Source of the DNA: Camelus ferus | Lineage: Eukaryota | Direction of reading: 5' to 3' | DNA: 64,000 bases | Assembly: GCF_009834535.1 (NCBI RefSeq) | Contig: NC_045697.1 | Coordinates: forward strand, 69,504,001 to 69,568,000 | In this document: piece by piece, positions 1 through 12,975 of the stretch | Numbering within the stretch: the first letter of the stretch is position 1 | Layout of the letters: every line of letters begins with the position of its first letter | The notes under the pieces: model-generated | Seen by the model: only the letters and a program-made list of their open reading frames with translations | What the model was told of the DNA's origin: nothing | The model's database searches: none | Position numbers and translations under genes: made by a program

Positions 1-169
1 TAAAGTCTTTACTATGTCTCCTACTCTTCAAGATAATATTCAGAAAAAGATAAATACTGTATGATATCACTTATATGTGGAATTTTAAAAATATAACTAG
101 TGAATGTAACAACAACAACAAAATGATGTGGCCAAATATTTGGACTTAGACATTTCAATGTTCTTGGGC

Positions 170-315
170 TTTTTTAAAAATTTATTTTCATTTTATATTT
201 TTCATAGGGGGGAGGGTTTACTTTTATTTATTTTTAGAGGAGGTACTGGGGATTGAACCTAGGACCTTGCGTATACTAAGCATGCACTCTACTACTTGAG
301 CTATAGCCTCCCCCC
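170..315 (-). mobile_element. tRNA-Ala-derived SINE (Vic-1-like, camelid)
   Basis: Reverse complement GGGGGGAGGCTATAGCTCAAGTAGTAGAGTGCATGCTTAG...GGTTCAATCCCCAGTACCTCC plus an A-rich tail. Confidence 0.9.
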
Positions 316-611
316 TTTTGATTTTTAATTTAACTCTTTTCACAGTCATGTTGAGAGTAAAAAATAATCATTTCTGTTCATCTTCCTTTTCAAGTGTTTC
401 TGGATAAGGGATTCAAAAAACTAAAACTGTTTTTGTTTATAATATAAAATATGGAATTGATCTTTCCAGGGTCAGAGAGGATTAATGTTTTTGCTATATA
501 CTTTTATACATTCTTTCCTTTCTTTTTTTTTAAAGTGACTTCCATAAGTAAGCCTTTGTGCTAAGGTATAGATACTCTCTTCCCATCTCCCTACCCTTGC
601 CTGGATCTAAG

Positions 612-1042
612 GTTTTTATTTATTTTATTATTTACTTTATTTTATTTTTTATTGAAGTGTAGTTGAGTTACAATGTTAGTTTCAGATGTACAGCAAAGCA
701 ATTCAATTATACATATACATACTTTTCCATCATATGTTATTATAAGAAATTGAATATAGTTCCCTGTGCTATACAGTAGGGCCTTGTTTATCTATTTTAC
801 ATATAGTAGTTAGTATCTGCAAATTCCGAACTCCCAATTTACCTCTCCCCACCCCCTTTACCCGCTAGTAGCCATAAGTTTGTTTTCTATGTCTGTAAGT
901 CTATCTCTGTTTTGTAAATAAGTTCATTTGTGTCTTTTTTTTTAGATTCCACATATAAGTGATATCATATGGTATTTTTCTTTCTCTTTCTGACTTACTT
1001 CACTTAGAATGATAATCTCCAGGTCCATCCATGTTGCTGCAC
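612..1042 (-). mobile_element. L1 3' end (cetartiodactyl-type 3'UTR), 5'-truncated
   Basis: T-rich tail, then attgaagtgtagttg...tccctgtgctatacagtagg...ttagattccacatataagtgatatc, typical antisense L1 3'UTR. Confidence 0.88.
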
Positions 1043-1049
1043 ATTACTG

Positions 1050-1244
1050 TGGTCCTATCTTGAGGTAACTGCAGCCCTGACCAACAGCTGGGCTGTAACT
1101 TTACAGGAGACTTCGAGCCAGAGGCATCCAGAGAAGTAGCTCTCAGTTTCGTTACTCCCAACAACTGGGTAACAATGTATATTCGCTGTTTTAAAGTCAT
1201 TATGTTTTGGGACAATTTGTTACATGGCAACAGATAACTTATAC
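1050..1244 (+). mobile_element. MaLR (MLT1-type) LTR 3' part
   Basis: Ends in ttttaaagtcattatgttttgggacaatttgttacatggcaacagataacttataca, the typical MLT1 terminus. Confidence 0.75.
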
Positions 1245-1864
1245 AGGAGAATTAAGAGTAGAAGCAGAAAGACCAGTGGCTGTAAACAAGAGATAGTGAC
1301 TTAGAGTACAGTAGTAGTGGTCGAAGTGGGTCTGGGCAGGACAGACAAAGGAGATGAGAAAAGTAACAACATGCTCTCTGCAGCCTGGAGAGGGAAAGTG
1401 AAAAACCATGGCCCCGATTTCCCCATGGTGGAGAAGCATGCTGGCAGTAACAGAGAGAACAGCTCTGGAAGGATTTTGGCTCCTACAGAAAGGTGTGAAG
1501 ACAGGAAGTCCAAGGAAATGGCCTGACCTGAGCCTGGTCTAACACTCGGTGAAAGGATTGAGAAGCTGACTCCAGGAGCTGGGAGAGTGAAAGTGACAGC
1601 TTCTGGCATCAGCCTGAATTTACAGAGCAAAAGACAGTGGTGACAAGAGCACTGCTGCTGGGTTGAAGTAATCAGAGAAACTCATCTGAATAATAGGTCA
1701 GCCCAAGTGGCTATGATTAAAAATTATTAAAAAGTCATATTCTCAAGTGCTCCTCTATCAGGAAGGGTCAGCAGGTAATTGTAAATACATAAACTCACTG
1801 GTGCTGCACCCTAGACACAGAGGCAGGCTGTTGCCGGACATGCAGGCATTGGCCCTGGATGCAG

Positions 1865-2030
1865 TCAGCCTAGTGGTTAGGACTATCAAGTTTGATGTCA
1901 GAAAGGTTGGGGGGGGGGAGAGTTCCAGCTCCTCTATTGCTAACTGTGTGACCTCAGCAAACTTACTTAAATTTCTAGAAGCTTCAGCTTCCTTGACTGC
2001 AAAATAAGGGTAATAAAGGCACTCACTCTG
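1865..2030 (+). mobile_element. MIR SINE remnant
   Basis: Core ctgtgtgacctcagcaaacttacttaaatttct...cttcagcttccttgactgcaaaataaggg. Confidence 0.7.
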
Positions 2031-3644
2031 GTACATTTAGTAGAACACTGATGACTGGAAGGATTTGATAAGATAGAGTATGTATTTTCCTTAGCCAGTT
2101 CTGGCACTTAGTAATTTCCCAGTAAATGACCTGCTGCAATGTGAACTGTCACCTGCTGCTGTGGTTCTAAGTCCCTGGAGAAACACACAGGGCGACTGAA
2201 GGAGGAGGCAGCGCCCTTGATCTTAAAGCAGAACTGCATTGCTGTGGCTGAGATTAAAACAGGAAGGTACACACATCGTTGTACTGCTATTCTTCTAGGA
2301 AAAGCTGTGATCAAAAGCCCACTTTCCCCCATCAGTGAGCACAGCTGCTGGTCCCCTCTGCCCTCTTCTCACTCTCTGTAAGGGATCTTTTAGAATGCCT
2401 TAAAGGTAAGTCCTGCTGCTGAGATGAAGGAGGCCCATATGGGGACAGGGCAGATTCATAGAGAAAAGATACTCCATGAAGTGTCACTCCTTTCAAGCCA
2501 TCCTATGCACAGTGTCACCACATCTGCCTCTGACTTTCACTGGCTGCTTTATGACCCCCTGATGTACAAAGAGACAACCTAGTGAATAATCAGGTCAGGT
2601 GGGTCACTGGAGGACAGAGGGCCCACCAAGGTACCCATAAGTGCAGGCTAAGCTCAAGGTCTATATGTCATGTCATAGCTGTGAGAGACACTCCTGCCCA
2701 GATGACACACCCCTACGCCTGGGCATCAGGGCCTGTTACGTGACATCGAAGGCAAGACAGACTCAGCAGCTGCTATGTTCAGACACAAAAATCATCGCAA
2801 CATAAAGCCACCAACACCAAGTCTGCTGGAAAGAGCGGTCACTGTCACGGATGACAACACCCCAAGCTGAGACCACCATGAATTCCAAGAACAATGTTAC
2901 CAACAAACCAAACCAACATACGCAAGTATACAGAACAACACATCAAATGTGATCATCCAAAACTGAATACGAACGTCTATAACTGGAAAGAACAAAATGT
3001 TTGTTCTCTGTACACATCTAATCTCAAAGTCCACTGTTTAGTTCAAGATATCCTCTTGAATCCAAGAAAATGTCATCAGCTTGGTTTCCTGTCCTAAAAG
3101 GAAACACCTCAGAAATCCAGGTGTACTTGTAAATCTAACTGATTTTCAGTTAGGCCTATAATTAAGCCATAACCTCCTGCTAACACCCACAAACAATTCA
3201 AATTTGGACATGGAAGTATCAAAAGTTATACAATTTGCAAATTTTCTTAATATTCTTCTCCACTGTGGATCTTGGCCAGCATTCTGCCACTTCTAATCTA
3301 TAGCATCAGTTTGACAGTTAAACCAAACAAGAACTAATGTTTGTGACAGGAGGAGATAATCAGCACATCCATTCATTAGCATCCTGCTCACACATTCATT
3401 GTCAATTACAAATATTTGCTTGGGCTAAACTCTGCCACCGTCATTGCAGTCATTACCTCCTGTAAGTATGTGATATATTTGAAGAGTCAAGCTTCTGGCA
3501 TTTTGCAGCTGGGACTCAATAATCAAAATGTTCATAAACTAACACTTGGGTCCCAGCAGAGTCTCTTGCTCAAGATAACAAATGATTATCCTAGCAAATG
3601 GAACTGCAAGTCAAACTCTGATTCATGAGTTTCACAATCACGTT

Positions 3645-4020
3645 TGTGGGCTGTACCCTGTCGGCAGCCTTAAGTGAGTAGGCCATGGGGCCCAGGCCAA
3701 AGTTCACAATAGCTTGCACCTGGTAAGAGGTAAATGTATGCATGCCAGTTATGTAAGTGGTATGAACAAAGAAATGAACACTGCACACGTGCGGGCAAAA
3801 CAGATGACAGCAGGGCAAGTGCGCCGCACGGGAAGCGCCATCTTGTTGAACTGGAAGAACGTGCTGCGCTCCGCTGCCGCCACTACGGCCACCGCGTGCG
3901 CCACCCGCTGGCACTGCAATAAAGTGCTGTTTTGCTCCATGTCGGCTCCTCGCGCAGTTTTCCAGTTGGGCAGCTCACTTCCTCCAACCCCTCTTCAGCC
4001 CCCGTCGGCTAGCATATCCA
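3645..4020 (+). mobile_element. CpG-rich solo-LTR-like element (family not identified)
   Basis: Starts TGTGGG and has AATAAA at 3918-23 followed by a pyrimidine-rich U5-like tail. No TSD found. Confidence 0.45.
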
Positions 4021-4147
4021 TTAGCTTTTGCTTAAAGCTTTTCCACTAGCTTTTTGAGGACATTTTTAGGGGACACTCAAGTATGCAGGTGGACTTATTC
4101 ATGGGAAGATGCTGCAGGATTTCGGGGGGAACTCCAGATCCTACTAC

Positions 4148-4715
4148 GAGCAACGGAAGCATTGGTGCCCCACCCAGATACCATTTAGGGGCAGGTGCAC
4201 CCGTCCCTCAGCTGCTTTGTGAGTGAAGGTGGTTAACGACTCATAGCTGCCCCCTTCTCCGGAGACCTGCTCTCCGCCACTCCGAAGCCATCTTGATCTG
4301 GAAGCCTGTCCTCCCCACTCGTCCCCAGAACTCAGCCAAGGACTTACCGACATGGAGTACAAAGAGCAAGTAGCTTCTCAAGGGAAGGACAGCCAGCTGT
4401 GGCGTGCGGTTCATGGAGCTTCCCCTGGGGTCCAGCTGAAGCTAGTCTCCCACAGAGACCACATTCCTGCTGAGTTTTCCTCCTCTGACCTGTCCTGTTT
4501 CTCTTACTCATCTTCTGAGAGCACGCTGAAAAAAATCACCTGAGGAAGAACGCGCGGGGTGGGGGGTGGGGGTAGTAGCTCACTGATAGAGCGCATGCTC
4601 AGCACGCAGGACGTCCTGGATTCTGTCGCCAGTACCTCCACTCAAAAAAAAAAAAGAAAGAAAGAAAGAAAACCCTAGCTCAGCATCTGCTCCCAGGGAG
4701 CCGGACACCGGGACC
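4148..4715 (+). mobile_element. ERVL LTR16-like solo LTR, interrupted by a SINE
   Basis: The start ttggtgccccacccagata...ggtgcacccgtccctcagctgct...gctgcccccttctccggaga and the end tcagcatctgctcccagggagcc match the LTR16 consensus as I recall it. Confidence 0.7.
4553..4672 (+). mobile_element. Vic-1-like SINE (short-tail form) inserted into an LTR16-like LTR
   Basis: GGGGG..TAGCTCACTGATAGAGCGCATGCTCAGCACGCAGG...CCAGTACCTCC followed by an A/(GAAA) tail. Confidence 0.85.
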
Positions 4716-5659
4716 TTCTCCTTGCCCAGGATGGGACCGTGCTCCTTCTGGGGCTGCCCATGAGCCCTAAGTCCCACTTGAGCTGGTTGCTGTTTCCCAA
4801 ATACTTGAACCAGGTGAATCTTTTTGCTGGTGGTAATCTACATGCCTTCCCAAGGGGAAACGCCCAGCCCGAGGACCGCGTCCCAATCACTCGAGCACCT
4901 GGCACGCTTCTGGCAGAATTCCTCATCGCAGCCCAGGCTGACAAAATCCTTCTCAGCCTTTCCTAGAAATCAGCTAGAAAAGGACCCCAAACCCAACAGA
5001 AAACTAGGCAAGGGTACGAATAAAAGCAGCCCACTGACATGTAAACAGAGGCATGACAACGTAAGAGGTGCTCATCCTCACTCATAATAAGTGAAATCTG
5101 AATTGAAACTACACTGAGATACCATTTTTCAATCATTAGATTGGGAAAAATCTGAAATACAATTTTTTATTCTATCCATTATTCCAGTCCAGTGAGAATG
5201 GGTTCTTTCTTCATCTGTTACAAATGAATTGTTAGTCTAAGAAATGCCCCATGGGATTCCACTGCTGGGACATGCATCTGATAAAGCTCTACAAAACCCT
5301 TTAGGGTCGTGGTGAAAGGTGAGTGCAAACCTTAACTATTAACCTAAACAGCTACCTCCTCGGGAATGTCACATGTTACCTTCTGCTCCTTCTCCAGGTC
5401 TGACAGAAGGTGCTGCTTTCCGTGTTCCCTCTGTTTATCCTACGCAGCGAGAGTCCTTACAGCTGTTTTTATCTATTTCTCACTTTCACTTGAAATCTTT
5501 TTTAGTTCAAGACCACAAAATGTCTGGATAGCATAAGGACCGTACCCTTCAGTTTGTTACATTTTTGATACCCATCTTACTGCAAAGTGGGGTTAAATGG
5601 AGTGCGCGCTTTCCTCTATTATATCGCACCTGCTAGTTAAGTGTATAGACGCACAGGTC

Positions 5660-6055
5660 TATGTGGTTTATTGCATTTTTTTTTCAAATATTCGCTTCCT
5701 CTCTCTGTAGAAGGATTGTACCTCTTTGCCCCAATAATGTCAAGTTTGGTCTTGTATCTTGCATTGGTCAGTGAAATGTGAGCAGAAGTGACAGAGGCCA
5801 CTTCCAATCAGAGACTTTAAGACTTACCACGTGGTTTCAGCCATCTTGTTATTTCCTCTACTGCAAGACCATCCCCAGATTAGCACTTCTCAGAGATGGT
5901 TTGTTCCTTTAGCCTGGTTCTGGAATAAAGACAACATAGAGCAGAGACACGAAGGAAATAAAATATGAGTGAGAAATAATCCTTTGTGGTCTTAAGGCCC
6001 CGAGGTTTGGGAGTTGTTTGTTACTGCTATACAACCCAGCCCAGCTGACTGCTAG
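5660..6055 (+). mobile_element. MaLR MLT1 LTR
   Basis: ttggtcagtgaaatgtgagcagaagtgaca...gtttgttactgctatacaacccagcc. Confidence 0.75.
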
Positions 6056-6349
6056 GTCCGTAAGCTCTGATGCATATTGTTATTATTATTTTATATCTCA
6101 GACAGCACCCAGCATAATCCTTTGCCCATCATGCACATTTAACAAAAATTGGCTGAATATTGTTTTTCTCTTCCTCTTTTGTTTCCCTTCCCTTTCTTTT
6201 CTGAACAGTTCAGTCCAAAAGCCATTATGAGGGACCATGGAAGATAGCAAAGATGTGAAGAGGAGCTGTCGTGGCCCGAGCAGGGTGTCAGAGCCTGAGC
6301 AGGCTCAATCAGTAAGTAACTGTCTCATGGATGATAGCAGCCAAGTTTC

Positions 6350-7270
6350 TCACTAGCAGAGAAGAGAGCTACAAATGTGGAAAGGGAGAAAATTATAATA
6401 AACCCTATTTTGTTGGATTGGAATTGGAGATATTAATGTGAACACATGGTTTGCAATATGTAAGGAGATAAATATAATTGAAGACGTGCGAAAGGGCTTG
6501 AGAGTAGCAACTCCTCTGTGGAAATGACCACACCCAGCACCAGGTCTTGGCTTCGAAATACCATTCTCTGCTGAAGATATCAGGGATCCTTGGGAAAACA
6601 GTTGATTCCAGAACTCAGACAGGGGAAGTAAAAGATGAGCCTGGAACATCTTGTGCTGCCATAACTATGGATACGCTCTAAATAAATAAATAAATGATGG
6701 GGCCATGTCAAAAGGAAACAGGAGCCAGGGGCCAGTTTGAAGAGGCTGCTACTGGCTGTATCTGAGATAATCAGATCATCAAAATAAATAATGAAAGTAA
6801 TGAATTAAAACCCATAAACAACATAGGAATTCATTATATGAATATATAAATAGCTAGATAGATAAATGGAGAAATTGAAAGTTTGATGAGGAACAGGACA
6901 TTTACATAATCTCAAAGTATCACCCTTCAAAATGCTCAATTATTAAGAAAACCACAGTAAATTTATATTGGAGAAGACTGGCAAACACCATCCTAATCAA
7001 GTGATTAAATTTAACATCACCAGGAACAGAACAGAGTAAAATGTGTGCCCTAACAAACTGCAGTGAGCCACACAGGACCACTTCTGTGACATCTCTGCCA
7101 GAGATACGTAACCAGAATCTACTCAAGGGGAGGCATCAGACAAACTCAAATTCAGGGCTATTCTAAAAATTGGCCTCTGATCTTCAAAATTCTCAAGGTC
7201 ATGATAGTCAAGGGAGGGCTTCAAAACTGTTCCAGATTAAAGGCAACTAAAGAGAAATGACAACTAATAT
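6350..7270 (+). mobile_element. ancient L1 (L1MC/MD-type) 3'UTR
   Basis: Motifs ttggagaagactggcaaacaccatcctaatcaagtgattaaatttaacatcacc and aactgttccagattaaagg...tgacaactaa. Confidence 0.75.
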
Positions 7271-7274
7271 GACT

Positions 7275-7508
7275 GGGGAGGCAGAAATTGGATGGATGCA
7301 GCCACCAGTCCAGGAATACTGGCAACCACCAGTTGCTGGGAGAGGCAAAGAATGGGTTTTCCCCTAGAAAATGGGTTTTCTCTATGGAGAGAGCTTGAAC
7401 CTGCTGAAACCTTGATTTAGTCTCAGTGAAACTAGTTTTGGACTTTTGGGGAAGAAAAGATTTTTAAGTTTATGATAATTTGTTAAAACAACTATTGAAA
7501 CAAATACA
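7275..7508 (+). mobile_element. MaLR MLT1 LTR fragment
   Basis: gaggcagaaattgga...caaccaccagttgctgggagaggcaaag...taatttgttaaaacaactattgaaacaaataca. Confidence 0.75.
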
Positions 7509-7886
7509 GAATTATTCCTTAACTGTTAAGTCACCACAATGGTGATGGCGGCTTACCAAGAAATTAATGTTGCCTTATCTGGTTACTCTCCATTACCAAT
7601 GAATTCAAGCAAGACTGGGCATAGTCAACCTTTCCCATACCATCATGCTTGGAGAGCCAAGGGAAAAAATCACAGAGCCAGCACACTGGTAGAGTGGCTA
7701 CATCTTCAAAAAGAAGGCTAACAATAAAATACATAAGATTCCTGAAGAGGTAAATGTCCTTGTTAATAATTAAATATTATACTCTCCTTTCATCCACAGC
7801 CTGAAATAGTTTTATGTAAATTTATTTCCCAATAGTAGGATGCCATAGAGGCATCACTTGATCTAACAATTCAGCTGTAACAGGGT

Positions 7887-8656
7887 GTATTAGTCAGGGT
7901 TCATCCAGAGAAACAGAAGCAACAGGATGTGTGTGTGTGTGTGTGTAGAGAGAGAGATTTATTTTAAGAAATCTGCTCACATGATTTGGAGGCTTGGCAA
8001 GACCAAAATCTGCTGGGTAGGCTGGCAGGCTGGAGACTCAGGGAGGAATTGCAGTTTGAGTCCAAAAGGAGTCTGCTGGCAGAATTCCTTTTTGCTTGGG
8101 GAAGTCAGTCTTTTTCTATTAAGGCCTTCATCTGATTGGATGAGGTCTGCCCACACTATGGAGGGTAATCTGCTTTAAATTTTAAAATTAAAAATTTTTT
8201 AATACTTAATTTTTTTTAAATTGAAGTGTAGTTGATATACAATATTATATAAGTTACAGGTGTACAATGTAGTGATTCACATTTTTTAAAGGTTATATTC
8301 CATTTATAGTTATAAAATGTTAGCTATATTCCACATGTTGTACAATATATGCTTGTAGCTTATTTATTTTATAAATAGTAGTTTGTACCTCTTAATCCCT
8401 TACCCCTCTTGTCCCCACCCCCTTCCCTCTCCCCTTGGTAACCACTAGTTTGTTCTCTGTATCTGTGAATTTGCTTTTTTTTTTTTTATTATAGTCACTA
8501 GTTTGTTGTAATTTTTAGATTCCACATATAAGTGATACCATTCAGTACTTGTCTTTCTCTGTCTGACTTATTTCACTTAGCATGATACCCTCCAAGTCCA
8601 TCCATGTTGGGGCAAATGGCAAAATGTCATTCTTTTTTATGGCCGAGTAGTATTCC

Positions 8657-8699
<43 letters not shown>

Positions 8700-8818
8700 A
8701 CCACATAAAGTATTGATCTCACTAAAAAATACCTTTACAGAAACATCTAAAATAACGTTTGACCAAGTATCTGGGTACTGCGGCCTAGCCAAGTTGACAC
8801 ACAAAATTAACCTTTACA
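7887..8818 (-). mobile_element. ERVL MLT2 LTR, split by an L1 insertion
   Basis: tgtattagtcagggttcatccagagaaacagaa start and gccaagttgacacacaaaattaacctttaca end. Confidence 0.85.
8178..8706 (-). mobile_element. L1 3' end nested in MLT2, carrying (TG)n at 8659-8697
   Basis: Same 3'UTR family as 612-1042. Confidence 0.88.
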
Positions 8819-9544
8819 CCAGGGAAAAAGAACCCACTGCCACTGGGTTGGACATATGCATAGAATAAGAGCTCACCTCTTTGGATTCAAGATCATTTGC
8901 TTTGGACTCATGTCATTCAGTTTTGGACTCATGTCATTCAGTAATGTGTATACTTTTATCACATGTTTTCACCTGGTTTTCTTTTTCAGAAGGAAAAGTA
9001 GCCTTGAGAATCATCAAAGTTTGGGACTCATTTTGCCACGTGGCTAATGCATTTTGTAACTACCTTGTTATCATAAAGCATGTGGGAAAGCTTCTTACTA
9101 GGTATTCATGGAGCAAGAAAATCTAGGCCGATCTGCTTTACAGAACTGAATCAAGAAAGGCTACTCTCAGGACAAGAGCTTAAGGGAGCTAGAGAAGAGA
9201 CCTAAGACATGAGGATGTTTTCACCTAAAAGTTTTTGATTGATTGTATTTAGAACAGTCTAATCCATTCACTATAGAAAAGAAAGATTAGGCTTCAGTTG
9301 GGGTAGAAATCAACCACAAATTACTCATTCTGTTTAAAAAGATGATGTTATTTCTTCTGCCAGGGACAAAAATGACAGTCACCTTGGATCATGTGTCCAT
9401 GAGCAGGAAAACCAAAAGCAATCTTTGATGGAGCTGAGAAATGTCTTTCCCCTCACGGCTTCCTAGTCTTTGGTTCCTCAGGAATATCAGCTAAGAAAAG
9501 ATATGTATCTCAAGCAAGAGAATCAGGGAGATAGTAAAGGAGAC

Positions 9545-9850
9545 AGTCAATAACTGTAATAATGATTGATTAAATATCTATTTGGTACCAGATGCTGTCC
9601 TGGGTACCACAGAGACAAGATGACATAACACGGCCCCCGATCCTCAGTCTAGTAGGAGTAACAAATAAACCAGCCACTGTGATACATGAGGGAGAGAACT
9701 TTGTGCAAAGAGTTGACAGACACAAAGGAGGGAGTGATTAACTCTGAGGGTTTGATAGGGTTTCACAGAGTAGGTGACTTTGACCTGCACCTTGGACGAT
9801 GCTTAAGAGTCCAGCAGGAGGAGTAACATGAAACAGGATTCCAGACACTG
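9545..9850 (-). mobile_element. L2 3' fragment
   Basis: taaatatctatttggtaccagatgctgtcctgggtac...gggtttcacagagtaggtgactttgacctg. Confidence 0.65.
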
Positions 9851-10699
9851 GGAGTTTATTTTTTGTTTATTTAATTCTTAGTTTTATTATTGATTATCAA
9901 AGACTGAGTATTTACTTAGAAAATAAGAAATGTACCAAAAAATTATAAAGAAGTAAAAACAGTGACCCCCCCCAAAATGACCCATCACTTCAGTATCAAG
10001 AGGAAATACTGCAGCAATAATTATTTTGCCATAATTCCTTATTTTCTTTTCCTACACATTTAAATATAAAATTGTGTTTATCTGATACATATAATTTTAT
10101 ATATTGTTTATTCTCAAAACATGTTCTCTCATTTAAAAACTTGATAAACCAATATTTGGTAGCTTCTTAAAATCTCACCAAACAGATTTATCATAATATT
10201 TGTAAGCATTAATCTATTGTGGATTTTTGTGTTCTGAGTTTTCATTCACATAAGGGATGCCTTTGTGTGTAAATTTTTGTTGTATTTTAGAAGTGGAAAT
10301 TCTGGGATAATGCTCTTGATAACCAGCTGTATTGCTTTCTAGGAAGTTTGTGACAGTTTAGATTATCACTAGCAAAGTGTGAAAGGCTTCAGTAAACTAC
10401 CAACATTGCATAGAATTTTTAAAAATTGATTTTAGTATACATTCAGTAAAGTGCACTGATCTCAAATGTATAATTCACTGGAATGGTATCATTTTTAAGT
10501 ATTTAATAATTTAGTAGGAAATTTTAAATTTCTTTAAAAAATATGTGTTTTATTTGTATTTGTCATATTTGCTGTAAATCTTTTTCCCAGTTTGTTGTTT
10601 CTTTCCATTTCCCTTGTGATATTTTCTGACAGTCAAAGCTTTTATTGTTTGTGTTGTCAATTTCTTTTTGCCTTTTCCTTTGAGATTTCTTTCAGATAG

Positions 10700-11680
10700 A
10701 ATTCAAAATATTTCTAGATTTCTTTGAGACTTCTTTGCCTCATGGGTTATTCAGAAGTATGTTGTTTAATTTCCAAATATTTGGGGGATTATCCAGCTAT
10801 CTTTCTGCTTTTGATTTCTAGCTGAATTCCATTGTGGTCTGAGAACCCTCTTCGTATGCTTTCTATGATTTTAAGTTTGTTATGGTGTGTTTGTGGCCTA
10901 GAATATGGTCTGACTTGGTGACTGTTGCGGTGAACTTGGAAAGAATGTGCCTGCTTCTGTTGTTGGATGGAGTGGTCTACAGGTGTCAGTAAGATCCAGT
11001 TGATGGATAGTGCTAGTCAGGTTATCTACATCCTTGCTGATTTACTGTCTGTTCAGTTACTAACAGAGGGTTGTTGTTTTTTTTTTTTAAACATCTTTAT
11101 TGTGGTATGATTCCTGTAAACTACACATATTTCAGATGTACGATTTGATGGATTTTGATGTAGACACCAATGAAACCACCACCACAATCAGGATAGCTAA
11201 CATTTCCGTCACTCCCCAAAAGGTGCAAATTTTGAATTTCTCATTTTTCCCTTCCCACGCCCTTTACCCCCACTAACAGAGGGGTTTTGAAGTCTCCAAT
11301 TGTAATAGTGGATTTGTCTATAACTCCTTTCAGTTCTATCAGTGTTTAACTCAAGTATTTTAATGTGTATTTAGGTTTATCCATGTTTAGGGTTGTTATG
11401 TCTCCTTGAAGAATTAAATGCTTTATCATTATGTAATGCCACACTTTATTCCTGATAATCCTCCATATTCAGAAGTCAGCTTTGTCTGAAATTAATATAG
11501 ATACTCCAGCTTTCTTTAACTGATGTTATCATGGTATATCTTTCTCTATCCCTTTATGTATAATCTACCTGGATCTTTATATATAAAATGAGTTTCTTAT
11601 AGTTAAGTCTTATTTTTTTAAAATCCATCCTGACAATCTCTGTCTTTAATTGATGTATCTAGACCATTCACATTCATACC
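10700..11680 (-). mobile_element. ancient L1 ORF2 (endonuclease region) fragment with a nested L1 3' piece at 11071-11271
   Basis: ttccattgtggtctgaga...gaagtctccaattgtaatagtggatttgtcta. The nested insert is flanked by TSD actaacagaggg (11059-70 and 11272-83). Confidence 0.8.
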
Positions 11681-11829
11681 TTCACCATGAAAATCTGGTA
11701 GGGTTCCTGAAGGTAAAGAAAACAAAACATAGGAACTTCCCCAAAAAACTATGGTCCCAGGAATTTCTCACTCATACTGGTCCACATTCAGCTCCTGGAA
11801 TTTCATTCAAAATTACCGTTCAAGTGTAC

Positions 11830-12105
11830 AATTATTTTTTTCTTTCAGTTTTACTAAGACATAAATGACAGCACTGCATAAGTTTAAGTGAACAACATAA
11901 TGATTTGGTTTACATACACCAGGAAGTATTATCACACTACGTTTAGTAAATATCCGTAATTTCATCTAGGTATAAAATTTTAAAAATAGAAAATTTTTTT
12001 TCTTGTGGTAAGAACACTCAGGATCTACTTTCTTAACTTTCATATATAACATACAGCAAACAGTGTTAATTATATTCATCATGTTGTACATTAAATCCCT
12101 AGTTC
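11830..12105 (-). mobile_element. L1 (L1MA-type) 3' end
   Basis: T-rich tail, then gcataagtttaagtgaacaacataatgattt...catcatgttgtacattaaatccctag. Confidence 0.7.
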
Positions 12106-12975
12106 CTCTAATGCTTCTTGACTTGTGTGTGAATACCATCTGTTTTACCTAAAAATTAAATCATAAGTCTACGAAATTGTAACAGAAATTACAAAATTTT
12201 TTGACATTGGAACTGATGGTACAGTAGAAATGATAATTAAAATTGGCACATTAGCATGAAGGCAGTGGTAACAAACTGTCTGGATATTCACTGTATTCTT
12301 CACTGCCAGTTTCTCAAGTGTACAATTCTTAACTGACCAATGTCCATGAAAATGTAGTCCAAGGAGATAACGATTCAGCACATCTAGAAGACCACTTCTT
12401 TTCAGATACACAACCATGGCATAAGCTTTCTGTCTAAAAAGTGTCTATGAAGCATCCCTTTAAAATGGGTTAGTTTCTATGGACACCAAGAGCATGATCC
12501 ACTTTAGACCGACAGAAGATCTCATAAAGCCAAGTCCCGGGGGCAGAGACACAAGCAGGAGGGACTGGAAAGGCCGTGGCTAAGCAAGGGTGTCCTTTCC
12601 TACAGCCCCTTAGGCTGTGCTTCTGGGGAGAGCATCCCTAAGAACTTCTCAGAAACAGCAAACTAAGTGTGAATTTTATATCTTATACCCAAAGCACCCT
12701 CCCTTCATCCTGCTGGTGAGTGTGTCTGTACCTATTTAGAGCTGCTCAGTTTACAGGTCTGGTCAATGTCACACCATGTTATTATGCCCTAAAGGAATTT
12801 CACTGTCCCTGTATATACCTCCTACCTTCCTGTTATGGCAAGTGAACCAAGGTTTCAGTCCAATTTGGAGCACAGTAAAAATCTGGACTACTCTGGGTGA
12901 GGTCACCTGGACAGCCTCTTGCAGCTCACCACTAGGATTACTAAATGTGTTGTGTTCATTATATTACTCAAAGAT

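Noticed and set aside
3591..4049. Stack of four overlapping ORFs in the GC-rich patch
   Set aside because: High GC lowers stop frequency. No known protein similarity, and the sequence has LTR-like organisation.
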